From Octopus vulgaris (lineage: Eukaryota): DNA of 64,000 bases. Below, piece by piece: positions 53,913 to 64,000 of the stretch. Position 1 is the stretch's first letter; every line of letters starts with the position of its first letter. The stretch lies in assembly GCA_951406725.2 (NCBI GenBank), contig OX597824.1:19096001-19160000 (forward strand). Direction: 5' to 3'. The notes beneath the pieces are model-generated. The model saw only the letters and a program-made list of their open reading frames with translations. It was not told the origin of the DNA and did not search any database. Position numbers and translations under genes: made by a program.

Positions 53913-54120
53913 TGTGTCTGTGTTTGTCCCCCTAGCATTGCTTGACAACCGATGCTGGTGTGTTTACGTCCCCGTCACTTAGCGGTTCGGCAAAAGAGAC
54001 CGATAGAATAAGTACTGGGCTTACAAAAGAATAAGTCCCGGGGTCGAGTTGCTCGATTAAAGGCGGTGCTCCAGCATGGCCGCAGTCAAATGACTGAAAC
54101 AAGTAAAAGAGTAAAGAGTA
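53662..54120 (+). mobile_element. SINE B, full length (young subfamily)
   Basis: Nearly identical to 61765-62189 outside the microsatellite. Confidence 0.9.
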
Positions 54121-54244
54121 TATGATTATTTATAGCTATATAAGTACTCCGAGATCCAATTCCAAACAAGAATTATTCTATTTTCTTCGAAAGCTGATAA
54201 ATTCTCATCACGTCAACATGCATTTGCTTATGTGTACATCGGAA

Positions 54245-54574
54245 ATACCCTTCCGTCGTGAATGACCATGGGATTGCACTTAGGAAGTTACCCTCCGAGG
54301 CACAAGTCCGGGCAAGGCTGTTTATGGAAGACCAGCAGTCGCCCATGCATAGAAGCCTCCCCCACTCTACGCCACCGATGCTATAAACAGAAAGGCAAAG
54401 GCCAATACAGTTCGGCACCAGTGATGTCACAGCTCATTTCTACAACTGGAGCAACGTGAAATAAATAAAGTATATCTTGCTCAAGAACACACCACGCAGC
54501 CCGGTCCGGGATTCGAACTCACAACCTCACGGTCGTAAGTTCAACACTCTAAACACTGAGCCATGAGCCTTCAC
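54245..54574 (-). mobile_element. SINE, C-type head plus tail T4
   Basis: Homologous to 43951-44291. Confidence 0.85.
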
Positions 54575-54676
54575 TGTGTGTGTGTATAGATATATAGATA
54601 TATGTGCATCGGTTGTCAAGCTATAGCAGAAGACACTTGCCCAAGATGCCACGCAGTGGGACTGAACCCGGAACCA

Positions 54677-54912
54677 TGTTATATTTCGGAATGGTCATAT
54701 TGCAGTTTAGCCAATAAAAACACACGCACTATATTTGGTGTTATTTTGCTTCACTGTTATTTATTTTTACATTAATCTTAATCTTATTTCGGCCGAAATA
54801 AGATTAAGATTAATGTAAAAAATAAATATCACTGAAGCAAAATAACACCAAATATATAGTGCGTGTGTTTTTATTGGCTAAACTGGCAATATGACCATTC
54901 CGAAATATAACA
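54677..54912. repeat. Spacerless ~236-bp palindrome
   Basis: Centre CGGCCG at 54790-54795. Arms match apart from a few small indels or substitutions. Confidence 0.95.
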
Positions 54913-54968
54913 ATATCTGTTTCAACACACGACTTCACATAAAAAATCTTGCACAACAAATATTTAAA

Positions 54969-55027
<59 letters not shown>

Positions 55028-55071
55028 CACATACATACATACATACATACATACATACATACATACATACA

Positions 55072-55104
<33 letters not shown>

Positions 55105-55258
55105 GATCTCTACTTATTTATTTATTTCTCTTAATATCGAAGAACGTAGGCTCGAAACGTAAAATTTTTTCCATTCTTCCCGAGTGTTAAACTAATACAG
55201 CTGCTTGTTATTCCTACACCTGTCTTCGTCTTATACATACATACATACATATATATAT

Positions 55259-55356
<98 letters not shown>

Positions 55357-55855
55357 GCATATATACTATATCTGTCGCTTTGGTCGAACAACAAAGTTAC
55401 GGAAGCATAAATTAACACCAGTTGTAAAATCTTTATTGGGAACAAACAGAAGATTCCTACACATATTGGGTTGTAAGATAACATTCTTTTGTTTAGCGGA
55501 TCTTCTTATAGTATGGTTCATGTTTACATCCGCAAACTCGGAGAACAGCAACTGATCTTCCCCTTAAGAACTTCCTCACTCCAAGGCATAATTAAATCCC
55601 ATTCATTTACCTAGCTCACTTTCCTCTCTTAAGTCACTCCTTAACCTCGTATTTGCAGTTTAGCGAACGCTATTATATTTTGTCTTTCCTTGTCTTGATT
55701 TTTATTCCTTTCGCCCTAATTTTACAACTTTTCGATTCTCATTTCTTATACATTTGTTCATGTTAATTTTTCTGCAATCCATTAAAAAAAAAACCTCCAA
55801 ACAAGAATGCAACATGATATATCTTACTGTTTCTCTTCCCTAAGATAAAGTATTT

Positions 55856-55907
<52 letters not shown>

Positions 55908-55959
55908 TGCATGTGTGTATGTATGTATGTATGTATGTATGTATGTATGTATATAAAAA

Positions 55960-56288
55960 AAATTCCCTTCGGTCATGACTGACCATGGGATTTTACCTAG
56001 AAATTTCCCCTCCGAGGTACAAGTGCGGACAAGGTTGCTTCTGAAAGATCAGCAGTCACCCATATATACCAGCCTGTCCGCTCCACGGCACCGATGTTGT
56101 CCGAGAGGAAGGCAAAAGTCGATACAGCTTGGCGTCGATACAGTGACGTCGCAATTCATTTCTACAGCTGAGTGAACTGGAGCTAATTTCTTGCTCAAGA
56201 ACACAACATGCAGCCCGATCCAGTATTCGAAAGCACTACCGCATTATTGTGAGCCCGACGCTCTGTTGACTGAGTTATGTGCCTTCCA
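55960..56288 (-). mobile_element. SINE, C-type head plus tail T4
   Basis: Homologous to 43951 and 54245. Confidence 0.8.
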
Positions 56289-56466
56289 TGTATGTATAAG
56301 TATATATATAGTTTGGTAGGCGGAACCTGTGTGGAAGTCCGCTGCTTTTAAAATTTATCTGATCATGGTGGGGTTTTGCCATCATGTAATCTAAGAGTGC
56401 ATGAATAGAATAGTGTCGAAACAGCTGTTGTGAAATTATAGCCCCATTTGTGTTATTTTTATAGAA

Positions 56467-56498
<32 letters not shown>

Positions 56499-56569
56499 AT
56501 GCATGATTGGATGTATGTATGTATGTCAACGAAAGTGAACATTAAGATTCATGGTGGCAGAATCCGAAG

Positions 56570-57381
56570 AAATACAAAGATCTAATGGTAATACGAGTGG
56601 AGTGATGCTCAGGTGTATGAAGAATGGAAAAGATTTTGACGTTTCGAGCCGACGCTCTTCGACAGAAAGGGAATATAGGAAATAAAAAAAATAAAAATAG
56701 AGAGAGAGAAAATATGTAAGGATTAGCGGTTTAACATGATGATATCACCAGATGTTAAACTGTTAATCCCTATACATTTTTCTCACTGTTTTTTCGTCTG
56801 TCTCCATTTTCCCCTCTCATCCATTTCTGTCAAAGAGCATAGGCTCGAAACGTCAAATACTTTTCCAGTTTGTAGTTCTCTCACTTGTCTTCGTCTTTTG
56901 TTTTCTGTAAATTTGAGCCGTATATTACGGTATCAAAAGTTCGAGAAGGCAGGAGCGATGTGAATCAAAGAGAGGAGGAAGTCCAGTCAGGCAGAATTGA
57001 AGTGGGGTAACCATGTGAGAGAACTACAAACTGGTGTATTAGTTTCACGCTCGGGAAGAATGGAAAAGTATTTGACGTTTCGAGCCTACGCTCTTCGATA
57101 GAAATGGATGAGAGGGGAAAATGGAGAGAGAACGAAAAAACAGGGAGAAAAATGTGTAGGGATTAACAGTTTAACATCTGGTGATATCATCATGTTAAAC
57201 CGCTAATCCTTACATATTTTTTTCTCTCTCTACTTTTTTTTTATTTCCTATATTCTCTTTCTGTCGAAGAGCGTGGGCTCGAAACGTCAAAAACTTTTTC
57301 ATTCTTCTCGATCGTCAAACTAATACACCTGCTTCTTGTTCACTCGCCTACCGTCGTCTTTTGTTTTCTGTTAACTTGAAC
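56570..57381. mobile_element. Four family-U units arranged as two mutually inverted palindromic blocks
   Basis: Block 56620-56884 is the reverse complement of 57015-57307. Each block is itself an imperfect head-to-head pair. Confidence 0.85.
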
Positions 57382-57389
57382 TATATATA

Positions 57390-58263
57390 CAGGGTATCCA
57401 AAGAGTCACTGTACACTTTCTTTTTTCTATTTCGTTTCAGGTATCATTCAGAGAGACGTGGGGGCATCAGCATTTGGCATCTTAAATTTTGCAGTTTTCG
57501 TAAGTGTATCATTCCCTTGCCCAAGGCACACTATACCATCAGCTTCGGAGAGTCCCGTTCGTGATTGAGAATTTCTGCTTGTTTTGATTTTCCCCAAATT
57601 CGACAATTGTGTCGGTTTACCTGATCAGAGAGATGTAAGATAGACTCATCGCTGAACCATAAGTTTTCCAAGAATTGAGAGTCGTTTTGGTAATGGTGGA
57701 GGAGCGATTCACACATTTCCACACGAACATCATAATCTTCCGCTTGAAGCCTTTGAACAACCTGAAGTCCTTACGGATGGAGCTTTATCGCTCTCCGAAG
57801 CATCTGCTGAATCGAGGTTTTGTTGATGCTGAGTTCCAGTGCAGTCCTCCGGATGGACTTCCTCTGGCTTTACGTGAACGCCTGTTTCAGGAGTTCGGCG
57901 TTTTTTTATCAATGGTTGTAGTAACAGGCCCTTCCGCTGCGTGGTTTTAACAAGAACAGCTCCTGTTTAGAGAAACTTGCTATGGATAGTATAAATTGTG
58001 CTACGCGTTGGAGCAGTGTAAAGGCCATAAACCTTCTTAAGCTTCTGATGAACTACAGTGAGGAAGTGAAAAACTTCTCGCCAGACGGAAATTTTGTAAC
58101 GCTGCTCTAACATCAATTGGCGACGAGCCATGCGCAAGGGAATGATACACGTACAAAACCTTCAAAGCCTAAGGTGCCAAGTGCTGGTGGCCTCACGTCT
58201 CTCGGAATGGTAGCTGAAACGAAATAGAAAAACAAAGTGTACAGTGACATTTGGGACACCCTG
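57390..58263 (-). mobile_element. Internally deleted Tc1/mariner-superfamily element with ~95-bp TIRs (DUF4817-type transposase remnant)
   Basis: TA|CAGGGTATCCAAAGAGTCACTGTACACTTT ... AAAGTGTACAGTGACATTTGGGACACCCTG|TA. Remnants LWFSDESILHLSDQVNRHNCRIWG and APTRSTIYTIHSKF. Confidence 0.9.
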
Positions 58264-58612
58264 TATATGTGTGTATGTGTGTGTGACGGGCTTCCACACA
58301 GCTTCGGCCAAGCAAATTCATCTCACAAATCATTTTCGGCGCGTGGCTACAGTGGGAGATACTTCCTCGGGGTGCTGCGCATAGGGACTTGTTTAACCAA
58401 AGGCGAAACTTCACTGAGTCGGTGAAAGGTTTGCCAGTTAAAATTTTTATTACGTATAAGTGGTACATTAAACCAAATGTGTCCTTATTTCGTGATGATA
58501 GAATATATTATTTTGAGGGAGATTTGGGTTCTGTTTTTAGCTGCTTGAGTGACTAAACAGAGGTTCCATCGTTCACTGATGGTCATTTGTATTCTGACAG
58601 AAACAAAAACAA

Positions 58613-58613
<1 letters not shown>

Positions 58614-58676
<63 letters not shown>

Positions 58677-59093
58677 TGTTGTTGTTGTTGTGGTGGTGGT
58701 TGCGGTGGTGAGGAGGAGGGGGAGGAGGAGGGAAGAAAGATGAAGAGAAGTAAAAGGCAAAAGAGAAATGGAGGGAGAGAAAGAACAAGGAGGAGTATGA
58801 GGAGGAAAAGGAGGAGAGTGATGAGGAGGACGATGAGGAGGTCGATGAGGACGAGGACGATGAGGACGAGAACATGGAGGGGGACGAGAACGAAGTGGAG
58901 GACGAGGAGGAGGAGGAGGAAGAGGAAGAAGGGGCAATGAGGGGAGGAGGAGGAGGAGGAAGGGAGAGGTAGGGAGAGGAGGAGAGGAGCAGAGAATGAA
59001 GAAAAACAGAAAGAATAAGAAGGGAGGAGGGGAGGAGGACTAGGAGCAGGAGGAGGAGGAAGAGGAGGGAAGCAGGAGGAGGAGGAGGAGGAG
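58614..59093. repeat. Compound (AGT/GTT/GGT/GGA)n and polypurine tract
   Basis: Direct reading. Confidence 0.9.
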
Positions 59094-59200
59094 TTGACGG
59101 TCTCATGACATTGCAATATATAGCCGTCACGCTTAACGTGTCTGTGCTTATAAATGAAACAGCAAGCGTTTTAGATGTGTGTATACATAGTATATATACA

Positions 59201-59250
<50 letters not shown>

Positions 59251-59253
59251 TAA

Positions 59254-59286
<33 letters not shown>

Positions 59287-59328
59287 TAAATTGATAAATA
59301 TAAATTATATTTATGTATACATATATAC

Positions 59329-59361
<33 letters not shown>

Positions 59362-59834
59362 TAAATATATACGCATGCGCACACAATTTTTTTGTTGTTT
59401 ATTTTTTTAATTTTAATATATTTGTTTCTTATGCGGGGCTGTAAGAAAAAAAGAAAAAAAAATTGAAAAGCAAAACAAAAACAAAACAACAGAAATAAAA
59501 CAACAAAAAAAACCGTGCTGAGACGGCAAGCTGTTTCACAACGAGGCTCTTTGTTTCAGTGAGCAAGATTAATGAGGATTCATGCTTGGTTAGAAAGCTA
59601 GGAGAACGGGACGATGGAGAGGTTGTTAGCAGGGCGATAACTGGGTCAAGAAAACGTCTCCAGAACGCAAAAGCTAATCGACCAAGGATGCGGGGGTTTA
59701 TACACACTTACACACACACACACACACATACTCACATGTGTATGTATGTGTGCATATAAATGTATATATATATATATATATATATGTGTGTATGTGTTTT
59801 ATTCTGTGTGTGCGTATATATACATATAAATGTG

Positions 59835-59874
<40 letters not shown>

Positions 59875-59891
59875 CACATTTATATATATAT

Positions 59892-59922
<31 letters not shown>

Positions 59923-59933
59923 ATTTACACATT

Positions 59934-59964
<31 letters not shown>

Positions 59965-59999
59965 ATGTATATATATATTATCACATAAACATATATATG

Positions 60000-60078
<79 letters not shown>

Positions 60079-60109
60079 ATATTATTCGTATTATTATTAT
60101 TATTATTAT

Positions 60110-60172
<63 letters not shown>

Positions 60173-60745
60173 CTGTAATAACGTTGTTTTTATACTCTCC
60201 CGTCACCCCCAGGTCTTATTTTCCCGCTCCACCCACGCCACCGCCAAATAATTTGTAACCTCGTTGTGCCAATGTGAAAAATCACGAAAAAACTTAATAT
60301 TAATGTTGGTGTGGTTGTTGCTGGTGTGGTTGTTGATGTTTAGCCCCAGGGGTCAGCCGCTGATTTTAATTTATGGCTTAGGTTCGAGTAAAAGGAGGAG
60401 GAAGAAGGGGGAGGAAGGGCGAGAGAAGTGGCAGCGCCCATAACTATTTTTTCTGGGCCTCACACACATTGGTGAGAAAACGGGAGTCTCGAATTTTTGC
60501 CATAAAGTGGATTCGATTTAAGGCACCTCAGATCCAGAGTGAGGCTTTAAGCTGGGCGCCATTATTAAGTCCACTACTAACACTACTAAAGCGTATCGAG
60601 TGTACCTATTCTTGCTGTTGCTGGTGTTTTTGTTTAATCATAGATCAAGCTGATATTCAAGCATGGCATAGTATAACTAGGACTACAGTAAACAATGTAT
60701 CCATTACCTTTTTAAGTCGATGGAGTAATGTGATAGAGATTTACC

Positions 60746-61162
60746 CTTTTACTCTTTTACTCTTTTACTTGTTTCAGTCATTTGACTGCGGCCATGCTGG
60801 AGCACCGCCTTTAATCGAGCAACTCGACCCCGGGACTTATTCTTTTGTAAGCCCAGTACTTATTCTATCAGTCTGTCTTGCCGAACCGCTAAGTAACGGG
60901 GACATAAACACACCAGCATTGGTTGTCAAAGCAATGCTAGGGGGACAAACACAGACACACAAACACACACACACACACATATATATATATACATATATAC
61001 GACAGGCTTCTTTCAGTTTCCGTCTACCAAATCCACTCACAAGGCTTTGGTCGGCCCGAGGCTATAGTAGAAGATACTTGCCCAAGGTGCCACGCAGTGG
61101 GACTGAACCCGGAACCATGTGGTTGGTAAACAAGCTACTTACCACACAGCCACTCCTGCGCC
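60746..61162 (-). mobile_element. SINE B, full length
   Basis: Reverse-complement family B. Confidence 0.9.
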
Positions 61163-61457
61163 TATTTAGCTGCCATTTCAGCAGTAGAGCTTCTTCGTAC
61201 TCATTCTTGCTGGTTATTATTGTGGGTGTTCTTGGTGCTGTTGATTAACACACGGACAGGATATGTTTTTAATCCTGTTGTGACCAAGGTGACCAAGTCT
61301 TGACCACTCTTTTTTTTTCTTTTATCTTTTAGCTTTTTTCCTATAATAGGGATAGCATTGCCCGAGGTCAAAGATGTTCCGATTGTATCAAGCGGTTGTA
61401 GGTGACAAATGCAAACACAAAGACATATACATAAACACATATATATATATATGTGTG

Positions 61458-61755
61458 TGGAGATGCAATAGCCCAGTGGTTAGGGCAGCGGACTCTCGGT
61501 CGTAGGATCGCGGTTTCGATTACCATACCGGGCGTTGTGAGTATTTATTGGGCGAAAACACCTAAAGCTCCACGAGGCTCCGGCAGGGGGTGGTGGTGAT
61601 CCCTGCTGTACTCTTTCACCACAACTTTCATTCTTTCTTTTGTTGGCCTGTTCGCTTAGCCAGCGGGGCGGCGTCATTTGAAGGCTAAAACTATGCGAAG
61701 CGCATTGTGACCAGCGATGTGTAGCAACATCTGATAGCCTGATCGGTCACGTGAT
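61458..61755 (+). mobile_element. SINE, head D plus tail T2
   Basis: Head and body as at 15693 up to CACCACAACTTTC, then an unrelated 3' half (GCTTAGCCAGCGGGG...GGTCACGTGA). Confidence 0.85.
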
Positions 61756-61764
61756 ATATATATT

Positions 61765-62189
61765 ACTCTTTTACTCTTACTCTTTTACTCTTTTACTTGT
61801 TTCAGCCATTCGACTGCGGCCATGCTGGAGCACCGCCTTTAGTCGACCAAATCGACCCTGGGACTTATTCTTTTGTAAGCCCAGTACTCATTCTATCGGT
61901 CTCTTTTGCCGAACCGCTAAGTGACGGGGACGTAAACACACCAGCATCGGTTGTCAAGCAATGCTAGGGGGACAAACACAGACACACAAACACACACACA
62001 CATATATATATATATATACATATATACGACAGGCTTCTTTCAGTTTCCGTCTACCAAATCCACTCACAAGGCATTGGTCGGCCCGGGGCTATAGCAGAAG
62101 ACACTTGCCCAAGATGCCACGCAGTGGGACTGAACCCGGAACCATGTGGTTGGTTAGCAAGCTACTTACCACACAGCCACTCCTGCGCC
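61765..62189 (-). mobile_element. SINE B, full length (young subfamily)
   Basis: Reverse complement of the 53662 copy. Confidence 0.9.
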
Positions 62190-62243
62190 TATGCATACAT
62201 ACATACATACATACATACATACATACATACATACATACATACA

Positions 62244-62276
<33 letters not shown>

Positions 62277-62280
62277 TATG

Positions 62281-62592
62281 TTTGGTGGTTAGGGTATTCG
62301 GCTCACAATCGTAAGGTCGTAAGTTCAATTCCCGGCGAAGCGTTGTCTCCTTGGGCAAGACACTTTATTTCACGTTGCTCCAGTCCACTCAGCTGGCAAA
62401 AATGAGTAGTACCTCTATTTCAAAGGGCCGGCCTTGTCACACTCTATGGCACGCTGAATCTCCCCGAGAACTGCGTTAGGGATACACGTGTCTTTGTTAG
62501 TGCTCAGCCACTTGCACGTTAATTTCACGAGCAAGCTGTTCCGTTGATCGTATCAGCTGGGACCCACGTCGTCGTAACTGATGGAGCGCTCC
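62281..62592 (+). mobile_element. SINE, head C plus tail T1
   Basis: Homologous to 4005-4258. Tail shared with 15693. Confidence 0.85.
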
Positions 62593-62735
62593 TTACACCA
62601 TTCTACTTGAATAATGGAACTGCAAATACAATATCCTTCGGTATCTCACTTCTATTTTCATTCTCTTACTTCCCTCAGTATTTCATATCTTCTCTACAAT
62701 AATTAATACTTAATACCTAAACATTTTCTCGCACC

Positions 62736-62783
62736 GTCTCTGATGAAGGAATATATAAAATATCTCGGAAACAGCTGAAAGAC
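62736..62783 (+). ncRNA. Minimal type I hammerhead motif, probably inactivated
   Basis: GTCT-CTGATGA-aggaatat..atatctcg-GAAA-CAGCTG-AA-AGAC. The U of the NUH triplet reads A. Confidence 0.5.
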
Positions 62784-62848
62784 ATTTCTTTATAAATGTT
62801 CCGAAAACTATTTACAGCCTTGGATTTTTTATCTCATTCCGTCAATTC

Positions 62849-62929
<81 letters not shown>

Positions 62930-62941
62930 CATACATACATG

Positions 62942-63025
<84 letters not shown>

Positions 63026-63032
63026 TCGATAT

Positions 63033-63084
<52 letters not shown>

Positions 63085-63424
63085 TTAGAGGATATGTTAA
63101 CTTCGTGAAGGGATAGTTGCATCTAAGGAAATACTGGTTCAATACTTAGTATTTTTACGGAGATGTACTTGCATAGCAAGTGATTTGATCTGAGATCGTG
63201 TACTGAAACGAAAACAATTGCAGCGTGGAAGGTGTTTGTAAGCCATTTAAGAAACACACAAAAAAGGACAAACAGAAAAGAAAAGGAAGATAAGGAAGTT
63301 AATAACTGTTTATTTACTAGAAGCGGCGATGACCAATTTGTCAATAATAAGCAATTAACTGCCTTATCTCCATTTTCTTGACTTTTCTTATATATAGAAA
63401 TATATGCATATAATTTTCTTAATT

Positions 63425-63570
63425 ATTTACATTATTTAGATTTGACGGATATTCGTCCTCATCTTGTTTGTTGTTAACACAATGTCTCGGCTGACATACC
63501 TTCAAGCCTTCATCAGGTGTCTTGGAGAAATTTCGAACGTGGGATCTCATTCCTAAAGTATTTTTCGATG
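63425..63570 (-). mobile_element. Single Penelope-like terminal unit (same family as 37500-37726)
   Basis: GACAC-CTGATGA-aggct..cagcc-GAGA-ca-tt-GTGTT, with GAAA mutated to GAGA. Confidence 0.7.
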
Positions 63571-63594
63571 CTATTATTATTATTATTATTATTA

Positions 63595-63667
<73 letters not shown>

Positions 63668-64000
63668 CATTAATATAATTATTATTCAGGTCATGTTGAT
63701 AATATATATATATAACGTCTTATATATATATATATATATATATATCCCACTGAAAAAAAATTTTTTTATAATTCCTTCTGGAAACTATCTTAAGCATGTT
63801 CTTGAGAACGATTATTTATGTAGTAATCTTTTGTGCCCAATATTTTAAGGAACTTGTTAAACTTTTTTATGCCCTTAACATGTCCTTGTTACCAAAGACT
63901 GTATATATGTAATGTAGCAATTTGTAACAACCAATAATTAACGCAACCTAACTTCTACGTGTTACTTTTGACAATCATTTTCCAAAGAGTGAAACCGGTA

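Noticed and set aside
58485-59247. Ser/Pro/Arg-rich ORFs
   Set aside because: Products of GGA/AGT repeats and polypurine low complexity.
59545-59700. Possible exon after the TTTGTTTCAG acceptor
   Set aside because: No convincing donor, partner exons or recognisable peptide. Kept only as a generic unique island.

Overview
AT-rich, repeat-saturated eukaryotic DNA with no convincing cellular protein-coding gene. It is intergenic or intronic and most likely from a coleoid cephalopod (Octopus). That assignment is inferred from the tRNA-derived SINE families and the extreme microsatellite density. Nearly all ORFs in the supplied track are microsatellite or SINE artefacts. The real content is: at least four tRNA-derived SINE head types (about 35 copies or fragments); several decayed Tc1/mariner elements, including a mariner nested inside another TIR element; three non-autonomous Helitrons; a Penelope-like GIY-YIG remnant flanked by ~270-bp inverted repeats; an R4/Dong-like restriction-endonuclease LINE end missed by the ORF track; and many foldback elements. 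The most interesting signal is a set of minimal type I hammerhead-ribozyme motifs. Some have a canonical core and others have family-wide altered cores. They mostly sit in inverted pairs, including a 'palindrome of palindromes' with four motifs at 56.6-57.4 kb. Also notable are head/tail module shuffling among SINEs, a SINE whose body repeats in tandem through a fixed junction, and a 105-bp local sequence capture inside a SINE. All alignments and foldings were done by eye, so boundaries are approximate unless a TSD or terminus is quoted.
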